A DNA stretch of 64,000 nt from Deltaproteobacteria bacterium (GTDB taxonomy: Bacteria > Myxococcota > Kuafuiibacteriia > Kuafuiibacteriales > Kuafuiibacteriaceae): contig JAVJQW010000008.1 of the NCBI GenBank assembly GCA_040218735.1, positions 1 through 64,000 on the forward strand. Direction: 5' to 3'. Made by a program: the position numbers and the translations under genes. Positions 21,487 to 31,567 of the stretch are shown here, piece by piece. The notes under the pieces were generated by a model that was not told where the DNA came from, did no database searches, and worked only from the letters and a program-made list of their open reading frames with translations. How positions within the stretch are numbered: position 1 is the stretch's first letter; every line of letters starts with the position of its first letter.

Positions 21487-23100
21487 CTAGTCGAGTTTGT
21501 GCCCGGCGCGCTCGAGCGCGCTCTTCATCATCACCTGGTCGACGGCCTTCAGATACGCCTCCTGCGGGGACACCTGCTTCCCCTTCACGAGGCTCATCAT
21601 GCTGTCGATCTGCGTCACCATGCCCTGCCCCTTGTTGGTCTGCATGATGGACGGGATCTGGAACGTCTTCCCCTCGCGGATCAGGTTCGAGATCGCGTTG
21701 TTCACGACCAAGATCTCCAGACACGCGACGCGGCCGCCGCCCATCTTCTTGCAGAGGGTCTGCGCGACGACGCCCTTGAGCGACTCCGACAGCATGACGC
21801 GGATCTGCGCCTGATGGTCCGTCGGGAACTGGTCGATGATGCGGTCGACCGTGCTGGGCGCCGTGTTGGTGTGGAGCGTCCCGAACACGAGGTGGCCGGT
21901 CTCCGCCGTCTCGATCGCGATGTGCACGGTCTCGAGGTCACGCATCTCGCCGACGAGCACGATGTCCGGGTCCTCACGGAGTGCAGCGCGGAGCGCCGCG
22001 GAGAACGACTCGGTGTGCGTGTGGACCTCGCGCTGGTTCACCAGACACTTGATCGACTGGTGCACGAACTCGACCGGGTCCTCGATCGTGATGATGTGAT
22101 CGCTGCGTGACTTGTTGATCAGGTCGACCATCGCCGCGAGCGTCGTCGACTTGCCGGAGCCCGTCGGGCCCGTCACGACGACCAACCCCTTCGGGAGCTC
22201 GCAGAACTTGTGGATGACCGGCGGCAACCCGAGCTGCTCCGCCGTGAGCACCTTGCTCGGAATCGTACGCATCACCGCGCCCACGCCGTTTCGGTCGCGG
22301 AACAGGTTCATGCGGAAACGCGCCACGTTCGGGATCTCGTGTGCGTAGTCGCTGTCGTGCGTCTCGTAGAACTTGCCGCGCGCCGCCTCGTTCGCGCACT
22401 CGATCATCCAGCGCTCGATCTGGTCGCTCGTCAGGCGCTCGTTCCACCCGGGGAGCACCTGGATGTCACCGTCCTTGCGGATCATCGGCGGCTGCCCGGT
22501 CGTCAGGTGGAGGTCGGAGCCTCCGTTCTGCACGAGCATGTTGAGGATCTTGTCGATCGACTTCGGTCCAACCGTGTGCGCCGCGATCTGCATCCGCTGC
22601 TGCGCGGGCGCCGCGGGCGCAGCGGCGATGGGCGCGGGCGCCGCCACCGGGACGGGCTCGACCGCCGCGACGGGCATCGGCTCCGGCTCCGCCTGCATGT
22701 GGCTCATGATGTCGATCGGCTGGTCGTCTTGCGGGTACTGGTTGTGCTCGATGAGCCCCTCCGGCTCCGGCTCCACGACCGCCGCCGCGGGCGCCGAGAA
22801 GCTGCCGTCGTCCGGGGACACGATCGCGGTCATACGATCCCCGGCCATCATCGTGCGGACGTGCACGCGGCCCGAAGGTGCGTCGTAGAAGAACTCCGAC
22901 TCCCCTCCACCGTCGATCGCGACGCCGTTCGCGATCGGCTGGACGAGCTTCAGGATCTGCTCGGTCCGGACCTCCTTGTCGAGGATGACCTTCTCGGTGC
23001 CCTGCACACGAATTCGGACGGGTGTACCCGTGCCGAACAGCAGGTGCTCCGCCTGCTTCTTGTGCATGGCCTCGATGAAACGATCGATTCGGTTCGCCAC
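21487..23100 (-). CDS. pilT: PilT/PilU-family type IV pilus ATPase with N-terminal extension
   Basis: SDLHL, VTGPTGSGKSTTL, TIEDPVE, LRAALREDPD..LVGEMRD, GHLVFGTLHT. Confidence 0.92.
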   Translation of the reverse strand: MANRIDRFIEAMHKKQAEHLLFGTGTPVRIRVQGTEKVILDKEVRTEQILKLVQPIANGVAIDGGGESEFFYDAPSGRVHVRTMMAGDRMTAIVSPDDGSFSAPAAAVVEPEPEGLIEHNQYPQDDQPIDIMSHMQAEPEPMPVAAVEPVPVAAPAPIAAAPAAPAQQRMQIAAHTVGPKSIDKILNMLVQNGGSDLHLTTGQPPMIRKDGDIQVLPGWNERLTSDQIERWMIECANEAARGKFYETHDSDYAHEIPNVARFRMNLFRDRNGVGAVMRTIPSKVLTAEQLGLPPVIHKFCELPKGLVVVTGPTGSGKSTTLAAMVDLINKSRSDHIITIEDPVEFVHQSIKCLVNQREVHTHTESFSAALRAALREDPDIVLVGEMRDLETVHIAIETAETGHLVFGTLHTNTAPSTVDRIIDQFPTDHQAQIRVMLSESLKGVVAQTLCKKMGGGRVACLEILVVNNAISNLIREGKTFQIPSIMQTNKGQGMVTQIDSMMSLVKGKQVSPQEAYLKAVDQVMMKSALERAGHKLD

Positions 23101-23128
23101 GTCGGTAAAGCGGTATATCAGGAGACTG

Positions 23129-24001
23129 ATGAAGGTTCACCTGGTCGACGGAACCTACGAGCTCTTCCGGGCGTACTACGGCGCTCCGGAGGCCACAGCG
23201 CCCGATGGGCGTGAAGTGGGAGCGACGCGCGCGCTGCTCGCGTCGTTCGTCGCGCTGCTGACGGCAGAGGGCGCAACCCACGTGGCCGTCGCTTTCGATC
23301 ACGTCATCGAATCGTTCCGCAACGACCTGTTCGACGGCTACAAGACCGGCGCCGGCATCGATCCGGCCCTCTACGGGCAATTCCACCTGGCCGAGCGGGC
23401 CACCGCAGCGCTCGGCATCACGGTGTGGTCGATGGTCGAGTTCGAGGCCGACGACGCCCTCGCCACCGGCGCGTACCGCTACGCCGACGACGAGCGCGTG
23501 GAGCAGGTCGTGCTGTGCTCGCCGGACAAGGATCTCGCGCAATGCGTCCGCGGCGACCGCGTCGTGCTCAACGACCGCCGCCGCAAGAAGATCTACGACG
23601 AGGCCGGCGTGCACGAAAAATACGGCGTCGCCCCCGCGTCGATCCCGGACTGGCTCGCGCTCGTTGGCGACGACGCCGACGGCATCCCCGGCATCCCGCG
23701 CTGGGGGGCGAAGTCGTCCGCCGCGGTGCTCGCCGACTATCCGCACCTCGATCAGATCCCGAAGCTCCCCGGCCAGTGGAAGAGCAAGGTGCGCGGCGCG
23801 ACGACGCTCGCCGCCAACCTCGACGAACGCCGCGACGACGCCCTGCTCTACCGCACCCTCGCCACACTCCGCACCGACGTCCCGCTGACCGAGTCCGTCG
23901 ACGACCTCGAGTGGCGCGGCGCCGACCGCGCGGCGTTCACGGCGCTCGCCGAAGAGCTGGGCGACGACAAGATCGTCGACCGCGTCCCCAAACTCACGTG
24001 A
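23129..24001 (+). CDS. 5'-3' exonuclease / flap endonuclease (PolA N-terminal-like)
   Basis: LVDG, AFD, FRN..F.GYK, FEADD.LA, DKDL.Q, ALVGD..DGIPGIP..G.K. AGGAG RBS. Confidence 0.92.
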   Translation: MKVHLVDGTYELFRAYYGAPEATAPDGREVGATRALLASFVALLTAEGATHVAVAFDHVIESFRNDLFDGYKTGAGIDPALYGQFHLAERATAALGITVWSMVEFEADDALATGAYRYADDERVEQVVLCSPDKDLAQCVRGDRVVLNDRRRKKIYDEAGVHEKYGVAPASIPDWLALVGDDADGIPGIPRWGAKSSAAVLADYPHLDQIPKLPGQWKSKVRGATTLAANLDERRDDALLYRTLATLRTDVPLTESVDDLEWRGADRAAFTALAEELGDDKIVDRVPKLT

Positions 24002-24051
24002 TGGCGCACAGGACTTTGCGAGCGGGCGCGGGGTCGGCCTATCGTCGATGG

Positions 24052-25242
24052 GTGCGCGCCTGGGTCGCCGTCGTCCTCCTCCTCGCATCGTCGGGGTGCA
24101 TCGGGTACCGCAGCGCGCTCGGCTTCCGCGCGCGCCGCGCCGTCCTCGAAGACGACGCCGCGCGGTTCGAAGACCTGATGGAAGAAGCCGCCGACACCAC
24201 GCCGGCCGGCCCGCTCGACAACCCGAAGCTCACCGTCCTCACCCACTTCCTCGACCTCGCGGGCGACCCGCTGTTCTTCCCGTACATCGAGGACTGGATG
24301 GCGAAGGGCTGGGTCAGCGACACCATGACCTGCGCGATCCACCGCGCGCGTTTCCGCTCCATGCGCGACAAGGATCCCGCGGAGGCGGACCGTGCCGCGC
24401 AGGTCTGCATCAAACGCGCGCGGCACGCCGCGACGGATCCCGAGCTGCAGTGGGAAGTCGATCGCTGCCTGGAGGAGGCGCCGTTCCTGGTCGACACCTC
24501 CACGACCGCGCTCGTCCCGTACCTCCGGATGGTCGCGGAGCCGACGGAGCCCGTGAAGTTCCGGTACGGGCTCCTCGACGGCATGACACGCGTCTACATC
24601 AGCAGCCCGTCGCGCATCGCGAGCAACGACTCCTCGCTCACGCGCGAGGAGGCCGCGGAGATCGCGCGCGGGCACGTCGACAAACAGGTCCAGCGGCTCG
24701 ACTTCATCATCGCGGCGGTCCGCCCCTACGTGAATGCAACCCTGCTTGCATCATCGACGGCGCGCGGCGTGCTGGAGGTGGAGAACGTGAGCGTCGCGCT
24801 CGGCAAGAGTTACATCGGCAAGTTCGCGACGAGCGACGACCCGTACGAGCGTGACGTCGCGTGGGCGTGGGTCCGCACCCAGAAGAACCGCAAGAAGGTG
24901 AACCGCATCGCCGCGCTCGGCCTCTACAACCGTGCGAAGGAGACCCGCAAGGACGTCTACTGGTACTTCTGCTCCCGCCGCGGCGGCGACGAAGCCGCGA
25001 AGTCCGGCGCCGGCGTGCTCGGCCCGCTCAACATGATCGAAGCGATCTCCATCCGCAGGAAGGAGGCGGTCGACGACGTCGAAGCGCTACGCGCCGAGGT
25101 CTGCGCCGACTACCCGACGATCGGCGGCCCCTACCCACTCGAAGCCACGGGACGCGGCACCGTCACCGCGTCGGTTGCGGAGGCGCTCGGCGAGGAGAAG
25201 ATCCGCACCAGCGTCCTCCTCCGCAAACGCGTCCTCGACTGA
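24052..25242 (+). CDS. Hypothetical lipoprotein
   Basis: Signal peptide with LASSGC lipobox; strong coding-like composition. Confidence 0.75.
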   Translation: MRAWVAVVLLLASSGCIGYRSALGFRARRAVLEDDAARFEDLMEEAADTTPAGPLDNPKLTVLTHFLDLAGDPLFFPYIEDWMAKGWVSDTMTCAIHRARFRSMRDKDPAEADRAAQVCIKRARHAATDPELQWEVDRCLEEAPFLVDTSTTALVPYLRMVAEPTEPVKFRYGLLDGMTRVYISSPSRIASNDSSLTREEAAEIARGHVDKQVQRLDFIIAAVRPYVNATLLASSTARGVLEVENVSVALGKSYIGKFATSDDPYERDVAWAWVRTQKNRKKVNRIAALGLYNRAKETRKDVYWYFCSRRGGDEAAKSGAGVLGPLNMIEAISIRRKEAVDDVEALRAEVCADYPTIGGPYPLEATGRGTVTASVAEALGEEKIRTSVLLRKRVLD

Positions 25243-25248
25243 CGCCGC

Positions 25249-27198
25249 TCACAGCTGCACGCCGTACACGAGCGACACCTCCGGCTCGCGGCGCCAGCGC
25301 TCCTGCACGACGTCGATGACCGGGCCCTCGAGTGACTCCACGTACTTGTCGACGAGCGCCTTCGCCGCGCCGGCGTCGCCGCGCGCCTTGATGCCGGCGA
25401 CGTGGGCCATCAGCGCTTCGATCGTCTTCGGCATCGCGTCGAGGTCGAGCTCCAAACAGCCACGGTCTTCGCCGTTGGCGGCGACCGCGTCGGCGTGCCA
25501 CTTCGCGACGCCGCGGTCGAGCCAGTAGCCGGTCTGGATCGCGGCGACGTAGCTGTACGTCTTGGGTTTGCCGTCCGCGTCCTTCAGCCCGCGCGCGATG
25601 TGGCCGAAGCCCCAGATCAGATCGCGAACGTGCGCCTGCCGCGCGCGCTCGGCGGCGATCAACGAACGCCCCGCCAACCAGTCCGCGAAGAAGTACGACG
25701 CGGTCTCGGCCTTCAGCTCTTCGAGCACACTCGCGAGCGCGCCGCCGAAGACCTCGTCGTCGACCTTCCCGTCCACGCGGTACTCGTGGGACGGCCCGAG
25801 GTTGTGCGCCGCCTCGTGCAGCACCGTGCTCATCGTCAGCGCGTCGGGATCCGGATCGAAGACCTTCGCCGTCGCCGGGCACAACACCGAGCGCGCCTGA
25901 CGTTCGTTCGCCGCGATGCTCTCCGGCGCCGTCAGCACGTTCATCATCGCGACGGTGCGGCCCCGCCCCTCGTTCGCGACCGGCCCCCAGTTCGGGAGGC
26001 TCTGACCGACCGTCGCCGAGAACGGCCGACGCGCGTCCCCCGCGTTGAGCACGATGTGGATGAAGTCGGGGAGGTCGAACGACACCTCGCGCGCGGCGTA
26101 CGGCGCCCCTGCGAGCTTCGCGAGCGCCGCCTCCATCTCGGACTTCACGGGATCGAGCCGCTCCTGCCACGCCCGCGCACCGGGATCGATCCGCGCGAAC
26201 GTCATGTGAAAGCCCGCCTTCACGCGGCACGGCTCGAAGTACGTCTCGTCCGGCCCGATGCGCAGGTACCACTTCGAGTTCGTTGCGTTCATCGCCGCCC
26301 ACGCCTCGTCCGCCGGCTCCCAGGCGTTGGTCCGGAACGCCGCCGCCGCCGCCTTCAGATACGCGACGAGCGCCGCCTCGTCCTCACCTTGCCGGCTCGC
26401 CGCCGTCTCCAACAGCGCCGCGACCGCTTGCATGTCCTCGGCGAACGCCTCCGAGTACGGGACGGCGACCAGCGCGCCGTCCACCTCGCGCACTGCGTGA
26501 AACTGATGCATCAGCTTCGCCGCATCGTCGCGCGCCGCAATTGTCTCGCAGAACTTCGGATCGTTCTTCTGAAGCGATTCGGGGTAGAGGCCGGAGATCT
26601 TCTCGGGCTTCGGCGTGATCGCCGTGCACGCCTCCACGTTCTCCGTGTCCGGCGCCGCACACCACGGGCCCTGGTTCCGGTGGAACAGCCGACGGCTCGC
26701 GGCGTCGTCCTCGCGGATCTTCGACGCCATCGAGAGCACGCCGTTCTGCCGTGCGAAGAGTCGTTCGATGAGCGCACCCGCCGCGAGCATGTCGCGGACG
26801 AACGCCTTGTCCTCGACCGGCGCGTCGCGCAGGTCCGTGCGAACGAGCGTCGCCCGGCTCTGCGACAGCTCACGGTGCACCGCCGCGAGGCGCGGATCCT
26901 TCGGGGTCTCGACTCCCGCTTCGATCCGGTCGAACGCCGCGCGGAAGCGCTCCGTGAAGCCATCGTCGGTCAGCCAGTCCTCCGGCTTCGCGTCGACGCC
27001 GGCCAGGAACACGACCTCGCTGCGATCGATCGTCCCATCATCGTCCGCGTACCAGTAGACCGGCACGTCCAGGAACACCGCGCCCGCGTTGAACGCGTTG
27101 CGCGACGCGTTCGTGTCCACGCCACGTGGCGCGGGCGACGCGGCGCTCTTGCAGCCGAAGCCGACGGTGAGGAGGAGCAGGAGGGTCCGATTCGTCAC
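25249..27198 (-). CDS. Peptidase M49 / dipeptidyl-peptidase III-like lipoprotein
   Basis: N.GPW, IGP.ETY, LPN, HEAAHNLG (HEXXH) and LEELKAE. Confidence 0.8.
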   Translation of the reverse strand: MTNRTLLLLLTVGFGCKSAASPAPRGVDTNASRNAFNAGAVFLDVPVYWYADDDGTIDRSEVVFLAGVDAKPEDWLTDDGFTERFRAAFDRIEAGVETPKDPRLAAVHRELSQSRATLVRTDLRDAPVEDKAFVRDMLAAGALIERLFARQNGVLSMASKIREDDAASRRLFHRNQGPWCAAPDTENVEACTAITPKPEKISGLYPESLQKNDPKFCETIAARDDAAKLMHQFHAVREVDGALVAVPYSEAFAEDMQAVAALLETAASRQGEDEAALVAYLKAAAAAFRTNAWEPADEAWAAMNATNSKWYLRIGPDETYFEPCRVKAGFHMTFARIDPGARAWQERLDPVKSEMEAALAKLAGAPYAAREVSFDLPDFIHIVLNAGDARRPFSATVGQSLPNWGPVANEGRGRTVAMMNVLTAPESIAANERQARSVLCPATAKVFDPDPDALTMSTVLHEAAHNLGPSHEYRVDGKVDDEVFGGALASVLEELKAETASYFFADWLAGRSLIAAERARQAHVRDLIWGFGHIARGLKDADGKPKTYSYVAAIQTGYWLDRGVAKWHADAVAANGEDRGCLELDLDAMPKTIEALMAHVAGIKARGDAGAAKALVDKYVESLEGPVIDVVQERWRREPEVSLVYGVQL

Positions 27199-27240
27199 GA
27201 CGCGGGACCCTAACCAGGCCCCGCGGACGCGGTGAAGCGC

Positions 27241-28128
27241 TTATTCTTCGGTCTCGCGTGTGGCGACCGGCGCTTCCTTGGTAGGGGCCCGGACCTCGTT
27301 CTTGTGTTTACCCAGGATGGTCAGCGCCGACGGGTTCACACACCCGTGGGTGATGGCCGGGCGATGGAAGCCCATGCGCGTCGCCGGGTCCTTCACCATC
27401 GCGTAGCGGAACGCGTCGAGCACGGTGACGACCTCACCGCGACCCTCGCGGAACGCCCGCCAGAACGCCCGCGGGAAGGACACCCCCGCCGAAGTCTCGT
27501 CCTCGGTGGCCGTGCTGATCGTGACGTAGTTGCACATCCGCTGCCCCGAGAACGCGCCCCAGTAACACTGATCGAAGAACACGATCCCGACCTCCGGGTG
27601 GATGCGCTCGAGCATCACCTGCAACTCACCTTGCGTGATCTCCTCGGACGGGTTGAGCATCAACGTCGACACACCGATGACCCCTGCCTGACCGTTGTCG
27701 GTCTCCACCGCCTCGACCCGGTTGCCGTGCCCGGTCACGTAGATCAGCAGTGTGTCGTGCGGCTCGACGATCTTCGCGAGCCGCTCGAACAACAGATCGA
27801 CCGCCGCGCGGCTCGTCACGTCCGTGAGCGGGAAGAACGGCGTCGTCCCCTCGGAGTCGAGCACGAACATGTTCTCGGCGCGGTACCCCTGCTCGAGCAG
27901 CACCTGGTACGCCATCGAGAGGTTGCCGCGGTGACGGAGCTCGGTGTTCGCGCCCAGAAGGACCGCGTAATGGTCGACCTTGCCGTTCGGGGCGTCTTCG
28001 ACCTGGTCGAGGCGCTCGACCATCAGGTCCGGCCCCGGCGGGATGAACTCGGAGCGTGTCGACGAGAGCAGGCTCGCACAACCCGCGGTCACCATGGGCA
28101 GCGTCAGTAGAGCCAGTCGTCGTTTCAT
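27241..28128 (-). CDS. Peptidase C13 (legumain/caspase-fold)-like lipoprotein
   Basis: YAVLL, RH, LLIYVTGHG and FFDQCY.G.F (His/Cys dyad); TAGC lipobox. Confidence 0.75.
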   Translation of the reverse strand: MKRRLALLTLPMVTAGCASLLSSTRSEFIPPGPDLMVERLDQVEDAPNGKVDHYAVLLGANTELRHRGNLSMAYQVLLEQGYRAENMFVLDSEGTTPFFPLTDVTSRAAVDLLFERLAKIVEPHDTLLIYVTGHGNRVEAVETDNGQAGVIGVSTLMLNPSEEITQGELQVMLERIHPEVGIVFFDQCYWGAFSGQRMCNYVTISTATEDETSAGVSFPRAFWRAFREGRGEVVTVLDAFRYAMVKDPATRMGFHRPAITHGCVNPSALTILGKHKNEVRAPTKEAPVATRETEE

Positions 28129-28235
28129 CTCGTCACACCTCGCGTCTTCTATTCATACACGCGCCGTCATCAGTTCGGCCACACGATCCAAATCGACGCA
28201 GTGCATCGGAACTTGAGACCGCTTAGAGTGAATCG

Positions 28236-28598
28236 TTGCTCAAGGTCTGTATCGAGTGTGGCACGCAGTACGAGCGCGACGCGCACTACTGCAATGTGTG
28301 TAAGAAGGAGTCGCTCGTCCCGTTCGAACCACCGCCCGAACCCGCGCCGCCGCGCACACCACTCGGCGAGGACCGCTACGCCGTCATCATCGCCGCCGTG
28401 ACCTGGTTCGCCGGTATCGGCTACCTCGTCGGCGAGCTGCGACCGCGTGAAGTGACCACGCTGCTCTACGGGTGGCTCACGATGACGATCATCACCCTCG
28501 TCGTGGGGATGATCGTGAAGAACGTGCGTGTGTTCGTCCTCTTCTCCGGAATCGGCCTGCTCTGCTGCGCGATCTACGTCATCGTTCGCAACACCTAG
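28236..28598 (+). CDS. Hypothetical zinc-ribbon membrane protein
   Basis: CIEC...CNVC followed by three hydrophobic segments. Confidence 0.7.
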   Translation: MLKVCIECGTQYERDAHYCNVCKKESLVPFEPPPEPAPPRTPLGEDRYAVIIAAVTWFAGIGYLVGELRPREVTTLLYGWLTMTIITLVVGMIVKNVRVFVLFSGIGLLCCAIYVIVRNT

Positions 28599-30061
28599 GG
28601 CGTCCGGGGACGGCAGACGTTGAAGTGCACGGGGCGGAGCGACGACCCCTCTTCGAGCTCGAACAACACGTCGACCTTGCAGCCCTGGTGCGCCGGGCAG
28701 TCGGCGTCCACCGAGCACGTGTTCGTGCACGTCCCCGTGTCGGGCGCACACAGGTAGGAGCGGCACTCGCGGCTCTCGGTACACGCTTCACCGAACGCCT
28801 TGTTGCCGTGGTTGTCCGACACGCAGGCCTTCACCATCTGCACCTCCCACTCGCGGCAGTTCGAGAAGCTGCCATCGACGCAGGTGCTGTAGTCGACCGG
28901 GACGCAGATCGATCCGATGTCGCAGTCGGTTGTCTTGTCACACAGCTCGGCGCACCGCGGGATGCTCGTGTTGCCGCCCGTGATGCAGACGCCCGTCGAG
29001 CAGTCCCCGCCGAAGTCACACGTGTCACCGACGTTGTGGCCGCGGTCGACGATGCACTGCGCCTCCCACTCCTCGAAGTCGACCTCGTTCCACCGACACG
29101 ACTGCGCGCCGCAGTCACTCTCGGCCGTGCAGCGCTCGATGCACTGACCGCCTTCGCAGAGATCGGACTGGCACTGGCTGTCGTTCGAGCACGACGCCCC
29201 CACCGCCCTATCGAACGAAGCCGAGAAGTGCACGCCGCTCACGCACAACGAAGCGCCGTCGTGCTGGTGGCACGTGAAGCCGCTCGGGCAGTCACTCGGC
29301 GCGCCGCACGAGCGCACGCACCGCTGTCCCTTGCCGGCGCCGAAGTCGAAACACAGGTCCGAAGCGCAGTCGCCGTCGCGCGCGCAGACCGCGTCGAGAT
29401 CGAGGAGCGCGGGCGCCGCGTCGCAGCGCCCGGTGCCCTCGTTGCAGATCATCGAGCCCGCGCAGCCCGCAATGACGCAACCGTCGACACACGCGTACGC
29501 GTCGCAGACGCGCGCGGGCGCGCCGCACTGGACGTCGCTCGTGCACTCCGGCTGCTCGACCTCGCAGCGCCCCGTACCGAGGTTGCACGTCTCGCCGAAG
29601 CCGCACCCCGCGACGCCGCAGCCGTCGACACAACCGGTGGCCGCGCAGATCGTCGAGGGCGGCGAACACTCGGAGTCCGACGCACACGCCGCGACGATCG
29701 GATCCGCGCAGAGGCCCTCCACGCAGATCGACGTCCCCGCACAGTGGACGTCGAGGTTGCACTGCGAGCAGACGCTGCGGTCGAGGTAGCAGTACGTGCC
29801 GTCGCCGCACTCGGCGTCGGCCGAGCACGAACGCGCCCCGTCGACACACTCGCCGTACAGCGCGCTGCAGCGCTGGTTGGCCGGGCACTCGAGGTCGTTC
29901 TCACACCGCTCCGCCGTGGCGGCGCCCGCCACGCACCGGCCCTCGAGGCACCGCTCGCCGTCCGAGCAGTCCGAGCCGAAGACGCAGCCCGCCCCCAGAT
30001 CCGAGGTCGGCTCCGGCGTGCAGGCGACGAGGAAGAGCAACGGCAACCAGCGCTTGGCCAT
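28595..30061 (-). CDS. Cysteine-rich repeat lipoprotein (myxobacterial type)
   Basis: LVAC lipobox; many C..D..C.....C.....C repeats; GGAG RBS before ATG at 30061. Confidence 0.85.
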   Translation of the reverse strand: MAKRWLPLLFLVACTPEPTSDLGAGCVFGSDCSDGERCLEGRCVAGAATAERCENDLECPANQRCSALYGECVDGARSCSADAECGDGTYCYLDRSVCSQCNLDVHCAGTSICVEGLCADPIVAACASDSECSPPSTICAATGCVDGCGVAGCGFGETCNLGTGRCEVEQPECTSDVQCGAPARVCDAYACVDGCVIAGCAGSMICNEGTGRCDAAPALLDLDAVCARDGDCASDLCFDFGAGKGQRCVRSCGAPSDCPSGFTCHQHDGASLCVSGVHFSASFDRAVGASCSNDSQCQSDLCEGGQCIERCTAESDCGAQSCRWNEVDFEEWEAQCIVDRGHNVGDTCDFGGDCSTGVCITGGNTSIPRCAELCDKTTDCDIGSICVPVDYSTCVDGSFSNCREWEVQMVKACVSDNHGNKAFGEACTESRECRSYLCAPDTGTCTNTCSVDADCPAHQGCKVDVLFELEEGSSLRPVHFNVCRPRTP

Positions 30062-30325
30062 GCTCCGCATCCTGCCGAGTCGATCTGGGGACTTACGACC
30101 CCGGCGGGTCCGGCGTGCGCTCGACCACCGTCCAGGAGTCGAGGTAGGACCGAGGCGGCCGCGCCGCACTGAACGCTTGGCGCTGGACCGACGGATCGCT
30201 CGTACGCACACACTCCGACACGTACCGACCCCGCGGGATGCAAGCACCCGACGAAACGAGCGATCATTTTCTTGGCATCGCGGGGGGGTTGCTCGGTCCG
30301 GATCCGCGATGGGGAGAAGCACGCC

Positions 30326-31564
30326 ATGAAACGAACGTGGACGGCGCTGACCGCGGTTGGGCTCCTGCTCGGCTGTAGCGGAGGCGAACGCAGCACGACA
30401 CCACCACCCGACACCCCGGCCTCGCCCGTGATCGTCGACGAAACCGCGCCTGCGAGCGCCTCGTTCTCGATCTCGGCGTCGATCCCGGCCGCCGGTGACA
30501 TCGACACGCTCGGCCGCACACAGGCCGGCACGCCGATCGTCGCCGCCCAAGACCGGGTCTACGAGCTCGTCGCGGGCGCCCTCGAGTGGCGCCCCCTCTT
30601 CGTCGACGGCGACGAGGTCTCGCTGAGCGACGTCACGGTCGTCTCGCCCCGCTTGGCCGGCGGCGCGTGGATCGCGGCCGGCGGACGGCTCTTCGTCCTG
30701 GACGGCCTGTACGTCCTCGCCACGCCGCTCGCGCTCGACGCCATTCACGCGATCGACGAGGTCGCGACCGGGCCCCTCGCGGGCCTGTGGATCGCGACCG
30801 AGGGCGGCCTGTACCGGCGCACCGACGAAAATCTCGAGACGTGGTCGTTCCCCGACGTCACGACGGTCACCGACGTGGCGATCGAACCGAATGGACGCTT
30901 CGGGCTCGTCGTCGCGGACGGCACGTACGCGACGTTGGAGTTGGAGGACGGCGAGGTCGTCACGGACGGCGGCGCCGTCGAGCTCGGCGCCGTGCGCCAG
31001 GTCGTCGCGAGCGCGGACGCGGTCTGGGCCGCCGGCGCCCAGGGGCTCATGCGCTTCGCCGTCGACGATCCGAAGCCCTACCGGCACTACACGCTCGGGG
31101 CCGACGCGGACCTCGTGGCCATCGCGGCCGACCCGGTGACGGGCACGCCGTGGGTGCGCACCGGCACGCAGCTGATGGAGGTCGACGGACCGACGATCCG
31201 CGCGTACGCGATGGCGTCGTCGACGGTGGATCACATCGTCGTCGACCACCTCGGGCACGTCTACGTCGCCGAGGGCGATACACTGAAACGAAACGGCGAC
31301 ATGCCTTCGGAGTCGGCGACGTCGTTCGAGCGCGACGTGATTCCGTGGATCCAGGCGAACTGCTCGCAGTGCCACAGCAACCAGACGCAGGACTTCGAGA
31401 CCTACGAAGTCTTCTCGGAGATCGCGGAGGACGCCCTCTCCCGCGTGCGCCGCGGCGACATGCCGCGCTGCACGGGCGGCGTCCTGTGCTCCCCGGAGCA
31501 GCGCCTGACGGCCGAACAATACGCAGTGATCGAGCAGTGGCTGCGCGATGGAAAGGGACAGTGA
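30326..31564 (+). CDS. Lipoprotein, beta-propeller-like body with C-terminal c-type cytochrome domain
   Basis: LLGC lipobox; SFERDVIPWIQANCSQCH...MP...IEQW (CxxCH plus distal Met). Confidence 0.75.
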   Translation: MKRTWTALTAVGLLLGCSGGERSTTPPPDTPASPVIVDETAPASASFSISASIPAAGDIDTLGRTQAGTPIVAAQDRVYELVAGALEWRPLFVDGDEVSLSDVTVVSPRLAGGAWIAAGGRLFVLDGLYVLATPLALDAIHAIDEVATGPLAGLWIATEGGLYRRTDENLETWSFPDVTTVTDVAIEPNGRFGLVVADGTYATLELEDGEVVTDGGAVELGAVRQVVASADAVWAAGAQGLMRFAVDDPKPYRHYTLGADADLVAIAADPVTGTPWVRTGTQLMEVDGPTIRAYAMASSTVDHIVVDHLGHVYVAEGDTLKRNGDMPSESATSFERDVIPWIQANCSQCHSNQTQDFETYEVFSEIAEDALSRVRRGDMPRCTGGVLCSPEQRLTAEQYAVIEQWLRDGKGQ

Positions 31565-31567
31565 GCA

